Shown here: one piece after another, positions 9,959-19,507 of the stretch
Position numbering within the stretch: the stretch's first letter is position 1
Layout: each line of letters opens with the position of its first letter
NCBI GenBank assembly: GCA_965369375.1
Contig: CBDUQN010000002.1
Span: forward strand, 36,966 to 100,965
Direction: 5' to 3'
Origin: an uncultured bacterium
GTDB lineage: Bacteria; Krumholzibacteriota; Krumholzibacteriia; Krumholzibacteriales; Krumholzibacteriaceae
DNA length: 64,000 bases
The notes under the pieces: model-generated
Told to the model about the DNA's origin: nothing
Databases searched by the model: none
The model's input: the letters and a program-made list of their open reading frames with translations, nothing else
Program-made: the position numbers and the translations under genes

Positions 9959-10462
9959 ATGATTTGTCAGTTCTGCAAGACACGCGAAGCATCGATTCAC
10001 TTTACGAACGTCGTTGGCAAAAAGGTGAACAAGATTCACATCTGCCACCACTGCGCCGAGGAGAAGGGATTCGACTACCTGAAAAAGAGCAATTTCGCCA
10101 TGGGAGATCTGCTATCCGGCCTCTTCGAATCGTCCGCGGAGCAGATGGAATCGGGGAGCACGAAGAACAAGTGTCCCAACTGCGGAACGCACTTCGCCAA
10201 CTTCAAGAAGGTCGGAAGGCTCGGATGCTCGCAATGCTATGAATCATTCGAGGCCGAGTTGCTGCCGCTGCTGAGATCCATTCATGGCAACACGACCCAT
10301 ATGGGGAAGGTGCCGAAGCGTTTCTGCCGGCAGGTCAATTTGCACAGAAGGGTCAGGGAGCTTCAGGAAGAGCTCGGAAGAGCCGTCGAGCGTGAGGAAT
10401 ACGAGCGGGCCGCCGAGATCAGGGATGAGATCAAGAACTTAAGACAGTGCGAAAACAAGTGA
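9959..10462 (+). CDS. mcsA: McsA-like activator of protein arginine kinase (zinc-finger plus UVR motif protein)
   Basis: MICQFCKTREASIHFT...HICHHCAEE, second Cys cluster CPNCG...LGCSQCYESF, C-terminal UvrB/C-like EYERAAEIRDEIKNL. Close parallel to Bacillus McsA (MICQECHERPATFHFTKVV...). Confidence 0.8.
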   Translation: MICQFCKTREASIHFTNVVGKKVNKIHICHHCAEEKGFDYLKKSNFAMGDLLSGLFESSAEQMESGSTKNKCPNCGTHFANFKKVGRLGCSQCYESFEAELLPLLRSIHGNTTHMGKVPKRFCRQVNLHRRVRELQEELGRAVEREEYERAAEIRDEIKNLRQCENK

Positions 10463-10469
10463 GATCATC

Positions 10470-11531
10470 GTGATTGCATTTCAGGAACTGATACAGAAAC
10501 CATCCGCATGGCTCTCCGGCGAGAACGAGGAGGGTGAGATCGTTCTGTCCTGCAGGGTGCGTCTCGCGAGAAATCTCGACAAGCGTCCATTCACGCACGG
10601 TTCAAAACCCGAATTTTTGGGGGCGATTCGCGAGGAGATTGTTTCCGCCCTCAAGAAAACATCTTCGATGAAGAAGACGCTCGTAATAGACATGGATGCC
10701 ATCTCCGAGTCGGAGCGCATGGTCCTCGCCGAGCGGCACCTCATCACGAGAGACATGGTAAAGAACTACAAGAGCAGGGGGCTCGCGTCTATTGCAAGCG
10801 AAAAGCTGAGCGTTATGATAAACGAAGAGGATCATCTGAGACTTCAATCGGTTGAATCGGGGCTCTCTTTCAAGCAGGCCTTCGTTAGGATGAGCAAGCT
10901 CGATCGCGATCTCGACGAGCATCTCCAGTACGCGTTCAGCGAGAAACTCGGATTCCTCACGGCGTGTCCGACGAATGTCGGCACGGGGCTGCGTGTTTCG
11001 GCAATGGTTCATCTGCCCGGCCTCGTCCACAACAAGGATATCAGCCAAATAATAGATGGGCTGCGCAGCGTTCGCCTGACAGTGAGGGGGCTCTACGGAG
11101 AGGGTTCCGAGATCATGGGAAACTTCGTCCAGATCTCGAACAGCATCACGCTCGGTCTCTCTGAAGAGGACACGGTGAAGAACCTCGAATCGCACATCAG
11201 GAAGGTGCTGGAATTCGAAAAGAAAGCACGCGAGGTAATACTCACGAAGGCACGGAGCTTGCTGGAAGACAAGATTTGGAGGGCGTACGGTTTATGCAAA
11301 ACGGCCCGCATTGTAACTTCAAAAGAGGCAATGGGTTTGATTTCCGCCGTGCGCATGGGTGTCGGTCTGGGTGTTATTACGGATGTCAAATTGTCAGTTC
11401 TCAACCAGCTTCTGATCATGATACAGCCGATGCATCTGCAGCGGCTGCATAAGCGGGCGATGGGGCCGGAAGAGCGGGACATGGCCAGGGCTGATTATAT
11501 CCGTGCTATATTGGCAGAGAAGAGGCCTTGA
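10470..11531 (+). CDS. mcsB: Protein arginine kinase McsB (ATP:guanido phosphotransferase family)
   Basis: Phosphagen-kinase-like catalytic domain (CPTNVGTGLRVSAMVHLPGL). 353 aa, GTG start. Sits between mcsA and clpC as in the Firmicutes ctsR operon. Confidence 0.8.
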   Translation: MIAFQELIQKPSAWLSGENEEGEIVLSCRVRLARNLDKRPFTHGSKPEFLGAIREEIVSALKKTSSMKKTLVIDMDAISESERMVLAERHLITRDMVKNYKSRGLASIASEKLSVMINEEDHLRLQSVESGLSFKQAFVRMSKLDRDLDEHLQYAFSEKLGFLTACPTNVGTGLRVSAMVHLPGLVHNKDISQIIDGLRSVRLTVRGLYGEGSEIMGNFVQISNSITLGLSEEDTVKNLESHIRKVLEFEKKAREVILTKARSLLEDKIWRAYGLCKTARIVTSKEAMGLISAVRMGVGLGVITDVKLSVLNQLLIMIQPMHLQRLHKRAMGPEERDMARADYIRAILAEKRP

Positions 11532-11564
11532 AATGGCAGCTGATGGAAAGGACACTGGAGGAAT

Positions 11565-14012
11565 ATGAACGATAAGTTCACTGAACGAGTACGTAAGGTG
11601 ATCTACCTTGCCCGGGATGAGGCAAACAGGTTGCAGCATGATTATATCGGAACCGAGCATCTGCTTCTCGGAATCGTGCGGGAGGGCGATGGAATCGCGG
11701 CGAGGGTTCTGCAGAAGCTCGATCTCGACCTCGATCAGATCCAGCAGGCCATAGAGCATATCGTCAAGCCAAGCGGCGGGACGCTCATGCTCGGTGAGAT
11801 CCCCCTGACGCCGAGAGCCAAGCGGGTTCTCGAGCTCTCCGTGGAGGAGGCGAGACTCCTCGGTCACAACTATGTCGGAACCGAGCATCTGCTTCTCGGT
11901 CTCATCCGTGAAGGTGACGGTGTTGCGGCGAGGGTTCTGCTCGAACTCGGTGTCGACCGAAAGCGCGTTCGTGAAGAGATCATGAAGATACTCAACCAGG
12001 GCGGAGGCGGCCCGAGAGGAGCAAAGGCGCGAAGGGAGAAGAGCGAATCCCCCACGCTCGACCAGTTCGGCCGCGATTTGACCAAGCTCGCCGGTGACAA
12101 CAAGCTCGATCCGATTACCGGGAGGGATCAGGAGATCAGCCGTGTCATTCAGATTCTCTGTCGCAGGAAAAAGAACAACCCCGTGCTTATCGGAGAGCCG
12201 GGCGTCGGCAAGACCGCCATAGTCGAGGGTCTTGCCCAGGGGATCATGGAAAACAAGGTCCCCGAGCTGCTCAGGGGCAAGAGGATAACGACACTCGACC
12301 TTGCATCTATTGTAGCTGGAACGAAATACAGGGGACAGTTTGAGGAACGCTTGAAGACGATCATCAACGAGATTAGTGAAAACGACCAGATCATAATCTT
12401 CATCGACGAGATACATACCATCGTCGGCGCCGGCGGCGCGGAGGGTGCGATCGATGCATCGAACATGCTCAAACCCGCGCTCGCGCGCGGTGAGATCCAG
12501 TGCATCGGCGCGACGACACTCAACGAGTACCGCAAGTACATCGAGAAGGACGGGGCGCTCGAGCGCAGGTTCCAGCCGATTCTCATCAATCCGCCGACGG
12601 AGGAAGAAACGATACAGATAATTATGGGCCTGCGTGATAAATACGAGGCCCACCACCGGACGAAATTCACCGACGAGGCGGTACGGCAGGCAGTTTATCT
12701 CTCCCAGCGGTACATCCAGGGGAGGTTCCTGCCGGACAAGGCGATCGACGTGATAGACGAAGCGGGCGCCAGGGCGAGGTTATCGGTTACGACGGTGCCC
12801 GATTCGCTCCGTGATCTCGAGCGCAAAATCGAAGAGATTTCGAAAGAGAAGGAATCGTCCATTCAGGCGCAGGAGTTCGAGAAGGCTGCGTCATTCAGGG
12901 ATGAGGAGAAGGAACTCCGTAAGATATTGAAGGATAAACACCGCGAGTGGAGTGAATCGAGGCAGGAGAACGAGTCGGAAGTCACTGAGAAGGACATTGC
13001 CTGCGTTATTTCCGCCATGACGGGGATTCCCGTTTCCGATGTCGAGGAGGAGGAGACGGCAAAACTTCTCAATCTCGAAAACGAGCTCCGCAATCGTGTT
13101 GTCGGCCAGGAGGAGGCGCTCAAGGCGATAGCTACGTCCGTGAGGCGAAACCGCGCAGGTCTGCGGGATCCGCGCCGGCCGATAGGCTCGTTCATGTTCC
13201 TCGGGCCCACGGGAGTAGGAAAAACAGAGCTAGCGAGGACGTTGTCGGCTATGCTCTTCGAGAGCGAAGATGCCCTCATTCAGATAGACATGTCGGAGTA
13301 TATGGAGAAATTCGCGATTTCGCGGCTCATAGGCGCCCCTCCGGGATATGTCGGTTACGAGGAGGGCGGGCAGCTCACAGAGAAGGTGCGGCGCAAACCA
13401 TACTCGGTCGTTCTGCTCGACGAGATCGAAAAAGCGCATCCCGATGTATTCAACCTCCTGCTGCAGATTCTCGAAGACGGCAGTCTCACCGATTCCTTCG
13501 GGCGACGGGTTGATTTCAAGAATACCGTTCTCATCATGACCTCCAACGTCGGCGCGAAGGCGATCAAGGGCACGAGGGGTCTCGGATTCATTTCCGAGGG
13601 AGTGGACAGCGGATATCAGCAGATGAAGTCGCGGGTTCTCGAGGAAGCGAAAAAGCTTTTCAATCCGGAGTTTATCAACAGGCTCGACGAGTTCATCGTA
13701 TTCCGGCACCTCGACCGCGAAAATCTGATGCAGATCATCGATATCCTGCTGAGAGACCTCTACACGAGGCTCGAATCCCAGAATATCGATTTCGAAATTG
13801 CAGTCTCGGCGAAGGAGTTCATACTGGAAAAGGGATACAATCCCGAACTGGGAGCGCGGCCGCTGAAGCGGGCAATCCAGAAATGTCTCGAGGATCCCCT
13901 GAGCGAGAAGATGCTCAGCGGACAGATCAGCCGCAAAAACAAGCTTTTGATAACGGCGAAACCGGGCGATGAGAACTTGAGCTTCGAGACGGAAAAAACG
14001 GTATCCTCCTAG
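11565..14012 (+). CDS. clpC: ATP-dependent Clp protease ATP-binding subunit ClpC
   Basis: Two Clp_N repeats, two AAA+ modules (GEPGVGKTAIVEGLA, GPTGVGKTELARTL) and a UVR-like linker. 815 aa. GGAGGAAT RBS before the ATG. Confidence 0.9.
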   Translation: MNDKFTERVRKVIYLARDEANRLQHDYIGTEHLLLGIVREGDGIAARVLQKLDLDLDQIQQAIEHIVKPSGGTLMLGEIPLTPRAKRVLELSVEEARLLGHNYVGTEHLLLGLIREGDGVAARVLLELGVDRKRVREEIMKILNQGGGGPRGAKARREKSESPTLDQFGRDLTKLAGDNKLDPITGRDQEISRVIQILCRRKKNNPVLIGEPGVGKTAIVEGLAQGIMENKVPELLRGKRITTLDLASIVAGTKYRGQFEERLKTIINEISENDQIIIFIDEIHTIVGAGGAEGAIDASNMLKPALARGEIQCIGATTLNEYRKYIEKDGALERRFQPILINPPTEEETIQIIMGLRDKYEAHHRTKFTDEAVRQAVYLSQRYIQGRFLPDKAIDVIDEAGARARLSVTTVPDSLRDLERKIEEISKEKESSIQAQEFEKAASFRDEEKELRKILKDKHREWSESRQENESEVTEKDIACVISAMTGIPVSDVEEEETAKLLNLENELRNRVVGQEEALKAIATSVRRNRAGLRDPRRPIGSFMFLGPTGVGKTELARTLSAMLFESEDALIQIDMSEYMEKFAISRLIGAPPGYVGYEEGGQLTEKVRRKPYSVVLLDEIEKAHPDVFNLLLQILEDGSLTDSFGRRVDFKNTVLIMTSNVGAKAIKGTRGLGFISEGVDSGYQQMKSRVLEEAKKLFNPEFINRLDEFIVFRHLDRENLMQIIDILLRDLYTRLESQNIDFEIAVSAKEFILEKGYNPELGARPLKRAIQKCLEDPLSEKMLSGQISRKNKLLITAKPGDENLSFETEKTVSS

Positions 14013-14167
14013 AGTGGGGGAACCTTCCTTCCCGCAAAATCGTTTAATGTAAAGAGAAGCCTAAAACCGGGCGTATGGGAGCATTCTGCATGTGCCTTTT
14101 ACGTTTGCAAAGGATATGGGCCTATGCTAGCATATACCGAATTTTTTGCAAGTCGAATAGGTGGAAT

Positions 14168-16420
14168 ATGATTGCAAAGGCGATGATGATCATTGCGGCG
14201 GGTCTGCTTCTCGCTTCCGCCGGTAATGCTATCGAAATCGGATCGATAGAGGTAGAGGGGAACATCAATGTTTCCGAGGAGAAGATTCTGTCCATCTTCG
14301 CGATCCGTGTGGGCGAGGAATTCAAACCCGAGCGGGTTTCTTCGGGCGTCAGGGCGCTCTTCAACACGAAAGATTTCTCCGATATCGAGGTTCGGTACGT
14401 CGAGGAGGAGGGCAAAGCGGTACTGATCGTCGTCATCAGGGAGTACCCGCGGGTGAAAGAGGTGCGGTTCATCGGCAACGATCATATCGATGATGATGAT
14501 CTGAGAAACAAGATCCTTCTCCGGGAGGGTTTCTTCGCCAGGCCGGCCATGATGACCAGGGATGTTGCGACGATCAAGGGGATGTACGAGGAGAAGGGAT
14601 ATAACAAGGCGGAGATAGAGATCAAGCAGACACCGAAGGAGAAGGAGCACAAGGTAATCGTTACATACGCAGTCGATGAGGGTGAAAAGGTCAAGATACG
14701 CAACATCGACTTTCTCGGCAACGGGGCGATCAGCTCCAAGGAGCTGCGCAAGGCGATGGAGAGCAAGACCGACAACTGGCTGCGGGGCGGAGAGTACAAA
14801 GCGGCCGTGCTCGAGGAGGATCTCAAGAAGATCAAGCAGCTCTATGCCAATCAGGGCTATCTCGATGCCGTGGTAATGCTCGGAGAGCAGGTGGAGATCG
14901 ACGGCGGAAAACACGTCGATATCTTTATCGAGATCGACGAGGGCAGGCCCTATTACGTAGGCGAGGTTACCTGGTCGGGCAATACGATAGTCAGCGACGA
15001 AGAGATCGAAGCGGTGATCGCGCTATACGAGGGGGATCGCTATTCGGTCGAGTACGTCGAGATGAATCAGATGGCGATAAACAGCAAATATATGGAGCAG
15101 GGGTACATATGGAGCAGGGTCATCCCGGAGCAGGAGGTTCGCCGGGGGAAGATCGACCTGCATCTCAAGGTCGTCGAGAACAATCCCGCCCATATACACG
15201 AGATAAAGATCAGCGGCAACACCAAGACGTTCGAAAATATCATTCGAAGGGAACTGGGAGTCTATCCGGGAGACAGATTCATACTCAGTGACGTCCAGCG
15301 AAGCCTCAGGGACATCTTCGCGCTCGGTTATTTCAACGGGCCTCCGCAGGTCGGGACGGAACCGGTGAATGAGGAAGGAGATATCAATCTCCTCATCTCC
15401 GTGGAGGAGAAACAGACCGGGTACTTCAGAATGGGCGCGGGGTTTTCGCAGCTCAATTCGATTACGGGTTTCTTCGGCGTAACCGAGAACAATTTCCTCG
15501 GCCGGGGCAAGCGGGTATCGATCGACTGGGAGTTTGGCAAATACCGTCAGAATCTGAACCTGTCATACTCCGAGCCGTACTTCCTCGGCACGAACAACTC
15601 GATGACCGTCTCGATTTTCAACTGGATACAGAACAGGGTCCAGCAGCAGTTTTACACCGACCGGCGCAAGGGTTTCTCGGTGCAGCTCGGGCGGCCCTTT
15701 CCGCTCCTCGACTACACGAGGATATTCACGAGCTACCGCTTAGAGAATGTCAACCTGTATGATTTCTCACCGCTTTATCCTTTATCGGGTTCACTTCGCC
15801 ACACCGACTGGCCGCTCAACAAGAGCAGTCTGCTCGTCAGCATTGCGCGAAACTCGACGGATAATCCCTTTCATCCGACGAGGGGGTCGATCACGAACCT
15901 CTCGGCGGAATTCACCGGAGGACCGCTCGGAGGCAATGTCGATTTCATGAGATACTCGGCCAGCTTTTCCTGGTTCAGAAGCATATTATGGAGATTTACG
16001 TATCACATGGCCGTCAAGGGCGCCGTTATCGACAGGTTTGCCGGTGGCGCCCCGGTCGAGGAATTCGAGAAGTACCGCCTCGGTGGAAACCGCCGGTATG
16101 CCTTGCGCGGATACGATTTCTACGAGGTGGTTCCCGAGGGGAATGATATATACGTGGGAGGGCGTTTCTTTTCAATATTCACGCAGGAGGTGCTTTTTCC
16201 CTTTACACCGGCGATTTACGGGCTCGTATTCTACGATGTCGGAAACACATGGAACTCGTTCAGCGGGGCGCAGCTCTCGAACATGAGACGGGGTTTGGGG
16301 TTCGGCATCAGGTTGGAAATGCCCGGCATCGGAAACCTTGGATTTGATTATGGTTACGGTTTTGACAAACGCGGCGGCGGAGCGTGGGAACCGCACTTCG
16401 CCTTCGGAACTTTCTTTTAA
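14168..16420 (+). CDS. bamA: Outer membrane protein assembly factor BamA (POTRA repeats plus Omp85 beta-barrel)
   Basis: Signal peptide MIAKAMMIIAAGLLLASAGNA, multiple POTRA-like repeats, C-terminal barrel ending in an aromatic residue (HFAFGTFF). Followed by skp-lpxD. ATG 14168 chosen over the longer TTG/ATG-extended ORF at 14075. Confidence 0.9.
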   Translation: MIAKAMMIIAAGLLLASAGNAIEIGSIEVEGNINVSEEKILSIFAIRVGEEFKPERVSSGVRALFNTKDFSDIEVRYVEEEGKAVLIVVIREYPRVKEVRFIGNDHIDDDDLRNKILLREGFFARPAMMTRDVATIKGMYEEKGYNKAEIEIKQTPKEKEHKVIVTYAVDEGEKVKIRNIDFLGNGAISSKELRKAMESKTDNWLRGGEYKAAVLEEDLKKIKQLYANQGYLDAVVMLGEQVEIDGGKHVDIFIEIDEGRPYYVGEVTWSGNTIVSDEEIEAVIALYEGDRYSVEYVEMNQMAINSKYMEQGYIWSRVIPEQEVRRGKIDLHLKVVENNPAHIHEIKISGNTKTFENIIRRELGVYPGDRFILSDVQRSLRDIFALGYFNGPPQVGTEPVNEEGDINLLISVEEKQTGYFRMGAGFSQLNSITGFFGVTENNFLGRGKRVSIDWEFGKYRQNLNLSYSEPYFLGTNNSMTVSIFNWIQNRVQQQFYTDRRKGFSVQLGRPFPLLDYTRIFTSYRLENVNLYDFSPLYPLSGSLRHTDWPLNKSSLLVSIARNSTDNPFHPTRGSITNLSAEFTGGPLGGNVDFMRYSASFSWFRSILWRFTYHMAVKGAVIDRFAGGAPVEEFEKYRLGGNRRYALRGYDFYEVVPEGNDIYVGGRFFSIFTQEVLFPFTPAIYGLVFYDVGNTWNSFSGAQLSNMRRGLGFGIRLEMPGIGNLGFDYGYGFDKRGGGAWEPHFAFGTFF

Positions 16421-16493
16421 AAGAGGTTTCGCGTGCGACGAGATTCAGCTATCATTAACGAGCTCTATGAGAGTATCCAAAAGGAGGCGTACG

Positions 16494-17027
16494 ATGAAGT
16501 TAGCGTCAAGAGTGATTCTCGCGGCCTGTCTCTGTGCCTTTTTACCGATTCATGCGGCCATAGCGCAGGAGATCAAGCTGGGTTACATTGATACTGTCAA
16601 GATCTTTGCGGAGTTCAAGGAAACGATCGAGGCCGAAGAGCTATACAAGAAGGAAGTAGAGGCCTGGAAGAAAGAAGCAGCCGAAATGGAAACGGAACTC
16701 GCCAATCTCCGTGAGGAGATTCAGAGCCAGAGCCTCATGCTCAGCGAGGAGAAGCTCGCGGAAAAGAAACTCGTATTCGAACAGAGGCTCAAGGAGTATC
16801 AGACGTACATGACGGATGTCTTCGGTGAGGGTGGACAGGCCGAACGCAGAAACAGAGAGCTCACACAGCCGATAGTAGAGAGGATAAACAGCGTTATCGC
16901 AGAGATGGCAGAGGCACAGGGGTACGATGTCATCCTCGATTCGGCGCAGGGAAATATCATCTATGCAAAAAAAGAACTCGATCTGACCGAGTTCGTCCTC
17001 GAGAAATTGCGCACCGAGCTGGAATAG
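16494..17027 (+). CDS. skp: Periplasmic chaperone Skp (OmpH)
   Basis: Signal peptide MKLASRVILAACLCAFLPIHA followed by a coiled-coil-rich, K/E-rich roughly 150 aa domain. AAGGAGG RBS 6 nt before ATG 16494. Canonical position between bamA and lpxD. Confidence 0.8.
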   Translation: MKLASRVILAACLCAFLPIHAAIAQEIKLGYIDTVKIFAEFKETIEAEELYKKEVEAWKKEAAEMETELANLREEIQSQSLMLSEEKLAEKKLVFEQRLKEYQTYMTDVFGEGGQAERRNRELTQPIVERINSVIAEMAEAQGYDVILDSAQGNIIYAKKELDLTEFVLEKLRTELE

Positions 17028-17063
17028 GGCTCATCCAGCGGGTGGACCGGCTTTTCTTTGCTA

Positions 17064-17093
17064 TTTACAATGTTCGCTCTTGAACGGTACAAT
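17064..17093 (+). promoter_or_regulatory. Candidate sigma70-type promoter upstream of lpxD (TTTACA-N18-TACAAT)
   Basis: Hexamers read directly in the 123-nt skp-lpxD gap. Weak call. Confidence 0.3.
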
Positions 17094-17150
17094 CCCTGAA
17101 AATCGTGTCAATAGCCGGACGTATCGCGGGTGCTTTAGTGGAATAGACTA

Positions 17151-18212
17151 ATGATTACTTACTCGCTCAAAGAATTAGCTGAAGCTGTCGGCGGTGAGAT
17201 TGTCGGCGAGCGCGAGGTGAAGATAACGGGTGTGGCGGGGATCAGGGAGGCGAAGGAGGGGGAGATCACCTTTCTTGCCAACCCGAAGTACGAACCGTAT
17301 CTCGCGACCACCAGGGCTTCCGCCGTTATTGCGGACAAGGACGGCAGCTCCCCGCGCCCCATCCTCAGGGTCGAGAATCCCTACCTTGCCTTCCTGAAGG
17401 TCGTAACCCTCTTTACGGAGCGTGCCTTCGATCTCTATCCCCGCGGCATTGACACAGCCGCGATTATTGCGGAAACCGCGAAACTGGGCAAGGATGTCTC
17501 GATCGGCGCCTATTCCGTGATAGAGGAGCGTGTCGAGATCGGGGACAGGGTCACCATTCGGCCACTCGTCTCTATCTGTGATGACGTCACGATCGGCGAG
17601 GATTGCCTGATCTATCCGCACGTGACGATCCGGGAGCGGTGTGAGATAGGCAACAGGGTGATCATTCACTCAGGCGCCGTTGTTGGAAGCGACGGATTCG
17701 GGTACGCAAAGGACGGTAATAAGCATCACAAGATACCCCAGATAGGGATAGTGCGCCTGGAGGATGATGTCGAGATAGGAGCCAATGCTACGATCGACAG
17801 GGCTACGACCGGTGTAACCCTCATCAAGCACGGTTCGAAAATAGACAATCTCGTTCAGATAGCGCATAATGTCATTGTGGGAGAAAACTCGATTCTTGCG
17901 GCGCAGGTCGGTGTCTCGGGGAGTACCGAGCTGGGCAAGAACGTTGTCCTCGCCGGCCAAGCGGGGCTGGTCGGTCATATCAGGATCGGTGACGGGGCTA
18001 TGGTGGGTGCCCAGGGCGGCGTCACGAAATCAATACCGCCGAACACGAGGGTTTCCGGCTACCCGGCACGGGAGCATGGATTCGCCCGGAAGATCTATGC
18101 GGCGTCGACGCGTCTGCCCGAGCTTCTCAAAGAGTTCAGAAAGCTCCAGAAGAGAGTCGAGGCGCTGGAGAAAGAAACAGGTAAGGATGGTTCGCCAGCA
18201 GAGAACGTTTAA
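17151..18212 (+). CDS. lpxD: UDP-3-O-(3-hydroxyacyl)glucosamine N-acyltransferase
   Basis: N-terminal LpxD domain followed by left-handed beta-helix hexapeptide repeats; about 353 aa. Correct cluster position. Confidence 0.9.
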   Translation: MITYSLKELAEAVGGEIVGEREVKITGVAGIREAKEGEITFLANPKYEPYLATTRASAVIADKDGSSPRPILRVENPYLAFLKVVTLFTERAFDLYPRGIDTAAIIAETAKLGKDVSIGAYSVIEERVEIGDRVTIRPLVSICDDVTIGEDCLIYPHVTIRERCEIGNRVIIHSGAVVGSDGFGYAKDGNKHHKIPQIGIVRLEDDVEIGANATIDRATTGVTLIKHGSKIDNLVQIAHNVIVGENSILAAQVGVSGSTELGKNVVLAGQAGLVGHIRIGDGAMVGAQGGVTKSIPPNTRVSGYPAREHGFARKIYAASTRLPELLKEFRKLQKRVEALEKETGKDGSPAENV

Positions 18213-19497
18213 GGATTCGTTTACCTATGAAGGTATCGGGCTTCACACGGGCAAGAAGGTGAAGACCGTCTATCACCCCGCCCCGCCCGATACGGGGATA
18301 ATCTTCAAGCGCGTGGATCTCGATCCGGCAATCGAGATTCCGGCGCGCGTCAATTATGTTCATGAAGAGGAGATCCGGCGCAACACGACGATAACGAAGC
18401 ATGGAATCAATATTCACACCGTCGAGCATATCCTGGCCACCGCTTCCGGCCTGCAGGTCGACAACATGATCGTCGAGATCGACGCGGATGAGCCGCCCGA
18501 GCCGAAGGACGGCAGTTGCGCGCCGTTTGTCGAGGCCTTTCAGAAGATCGGATTCAAGAATCAGGGAGTGCCGACGAGGTTTGTGAAGATTGCGAGACCG
18601 ATCACCTTTTCAGAGAACGGCTGCGAGCTCGTCGCCCTGCCGTATGACGGATTCAGGGTCAGTTTCACCATTGATTATGAAAACAAGCATATCGGAACGC
18701 AATTTGCCTCTTTCGAAATCAATCCCGAGGTTTTCATCAAGGAGATCGCCCCGGCGCGGACCTTCGCGCTCATGTCGGATGTGGAGATGCTCAAGTCCCA
18801 GGGTTTGATCAAGGGAGGAAGCCTCGAGAACGCGATCGTCGTCGACACGGACGGCATTCTCAACAAGGAACCGCTTCGCTTCTCGGATGAATTCGTGCGT
18901 CACAAGATACTCGATCTCCTAGGCGACCTGACACTCGTCGGAGCGCCGATCGAGGCTCATATCATTGCGCTGCGCTCCGGACACATCAGCAATCTGAAAT
19001 TCGCGCGGCTGCTCTCGGATGAAGCTGAGAACAGGGCAAAGATGTCTGTCGTCGGCGGCGGAAAAATCTGGGATATCAACGTGATCCAGCAGATTATGCC
19101 GCACCGGTATCCGTTTCTCCTCGTCGACCGGATACTCGAGCTCGAAGACAAGAAACGAGTCGTGGGAATAAAAAATGTGACGATCAATGAACCGTACTTC
19201 CAGGGTCATTTTCCGGGACATCCGATAATGCCGGCTGTTCTCATCATTGAATCGATGGCCCAGGTCGGGGGGATTCTGCTGCTTTCGAGCGTTGACAGGC
19301 CCGAGAATTACCTCGTTTACTTTATCGGAATCAACAAGGCCAAGTTCCGCAGGCCCGTCTTTCCGGGGGACCAGGTGCGGTTCGAGCTCGATATGCTCAT
19401 GCTGAGACGGCGCTTCTGCAAGATGAAGGGTGTGGCGTATGTTGACGGGCAGGTCGTGGCCGAAGCGGAGCTCACATCCTCGATCGTAAATCGCTGA
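18187..19497 (+). CDS. lpxC-fabZ: Bifunctional UDP-3-O-acyl-GlcNAc deacetylase / 3-hydroxyacyl-ACP dehydratase (LpxC-FabZ fusion)
   Basis: N-terminal LpxC (FTYEGIGLHTGKKV...HTVEHILATASGL...) joined to a C-terminal FabZ hot-dog fold (INEPYFQGHFPGHPIMPAVLIIESMAQ). ATG 18187 with a GGTAAGG RBS, overlapping the lpxD end by 26 nt. The ORF track start at 17869 is an over-extension. Confidence 0.9.
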   Translation: MVRQQRTFKDSFTYEGIGLHTGKKVKTVYHPAPPDTGIIFKRVDLDPAIEIPARVNYVHEEEIRRNTTITKHGINIHTVEHILATASGLQVDNMIVEIDADEPPEPKDGSCAPFVEAFQKIGFKNQGVPTRFVKIARPITFSENGCELVALPYDGFRVSFTIDYENKHIGTQFASFEINPEVFIKEIAPARTFALMSDVEMLKSQGLIKGGSLENAIVVDTDGILNKEPLRFSDEFVRHKILDLLGDLTLVGAPIEAHIIALRSGHISNLKFARLLSDEAENRAKMSVVGGGKIWDINVIQQIMPHRYPFLLVDRILELEDKKRVVGIKNVTINEPYFQGHFPGHPIMPAVLIIESMAQVGGILLLSSVDRPENYLVYFIGINKAKFRRPVFPGDQVRFELDMLMLRRRFCKMKGVAYVDGQVVAEAELTSSIVNR

Positions 19498-19507
19498 GCA
19501 AGGAGTC

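Noticed and set aside
17028-17063. Possible intrinsic terminator after skp (ccagcgggtggaccggcttttctttgc)
   Set aside because: No stable self-complementary stem could be drawn; only a 3-bp GGT/ACC pairing precedes the T-rich tract.
17869-18186. Long ORF-track extension upstream of lpxC-fabZ (Arg/Ser-rich, out-of-frame overlap with lpxD)
   Set aside because: The conserved LpxC N-terminus begins at ATG 18187 with its own RBS. The extension is a high-GC shadow frame across lpxD.
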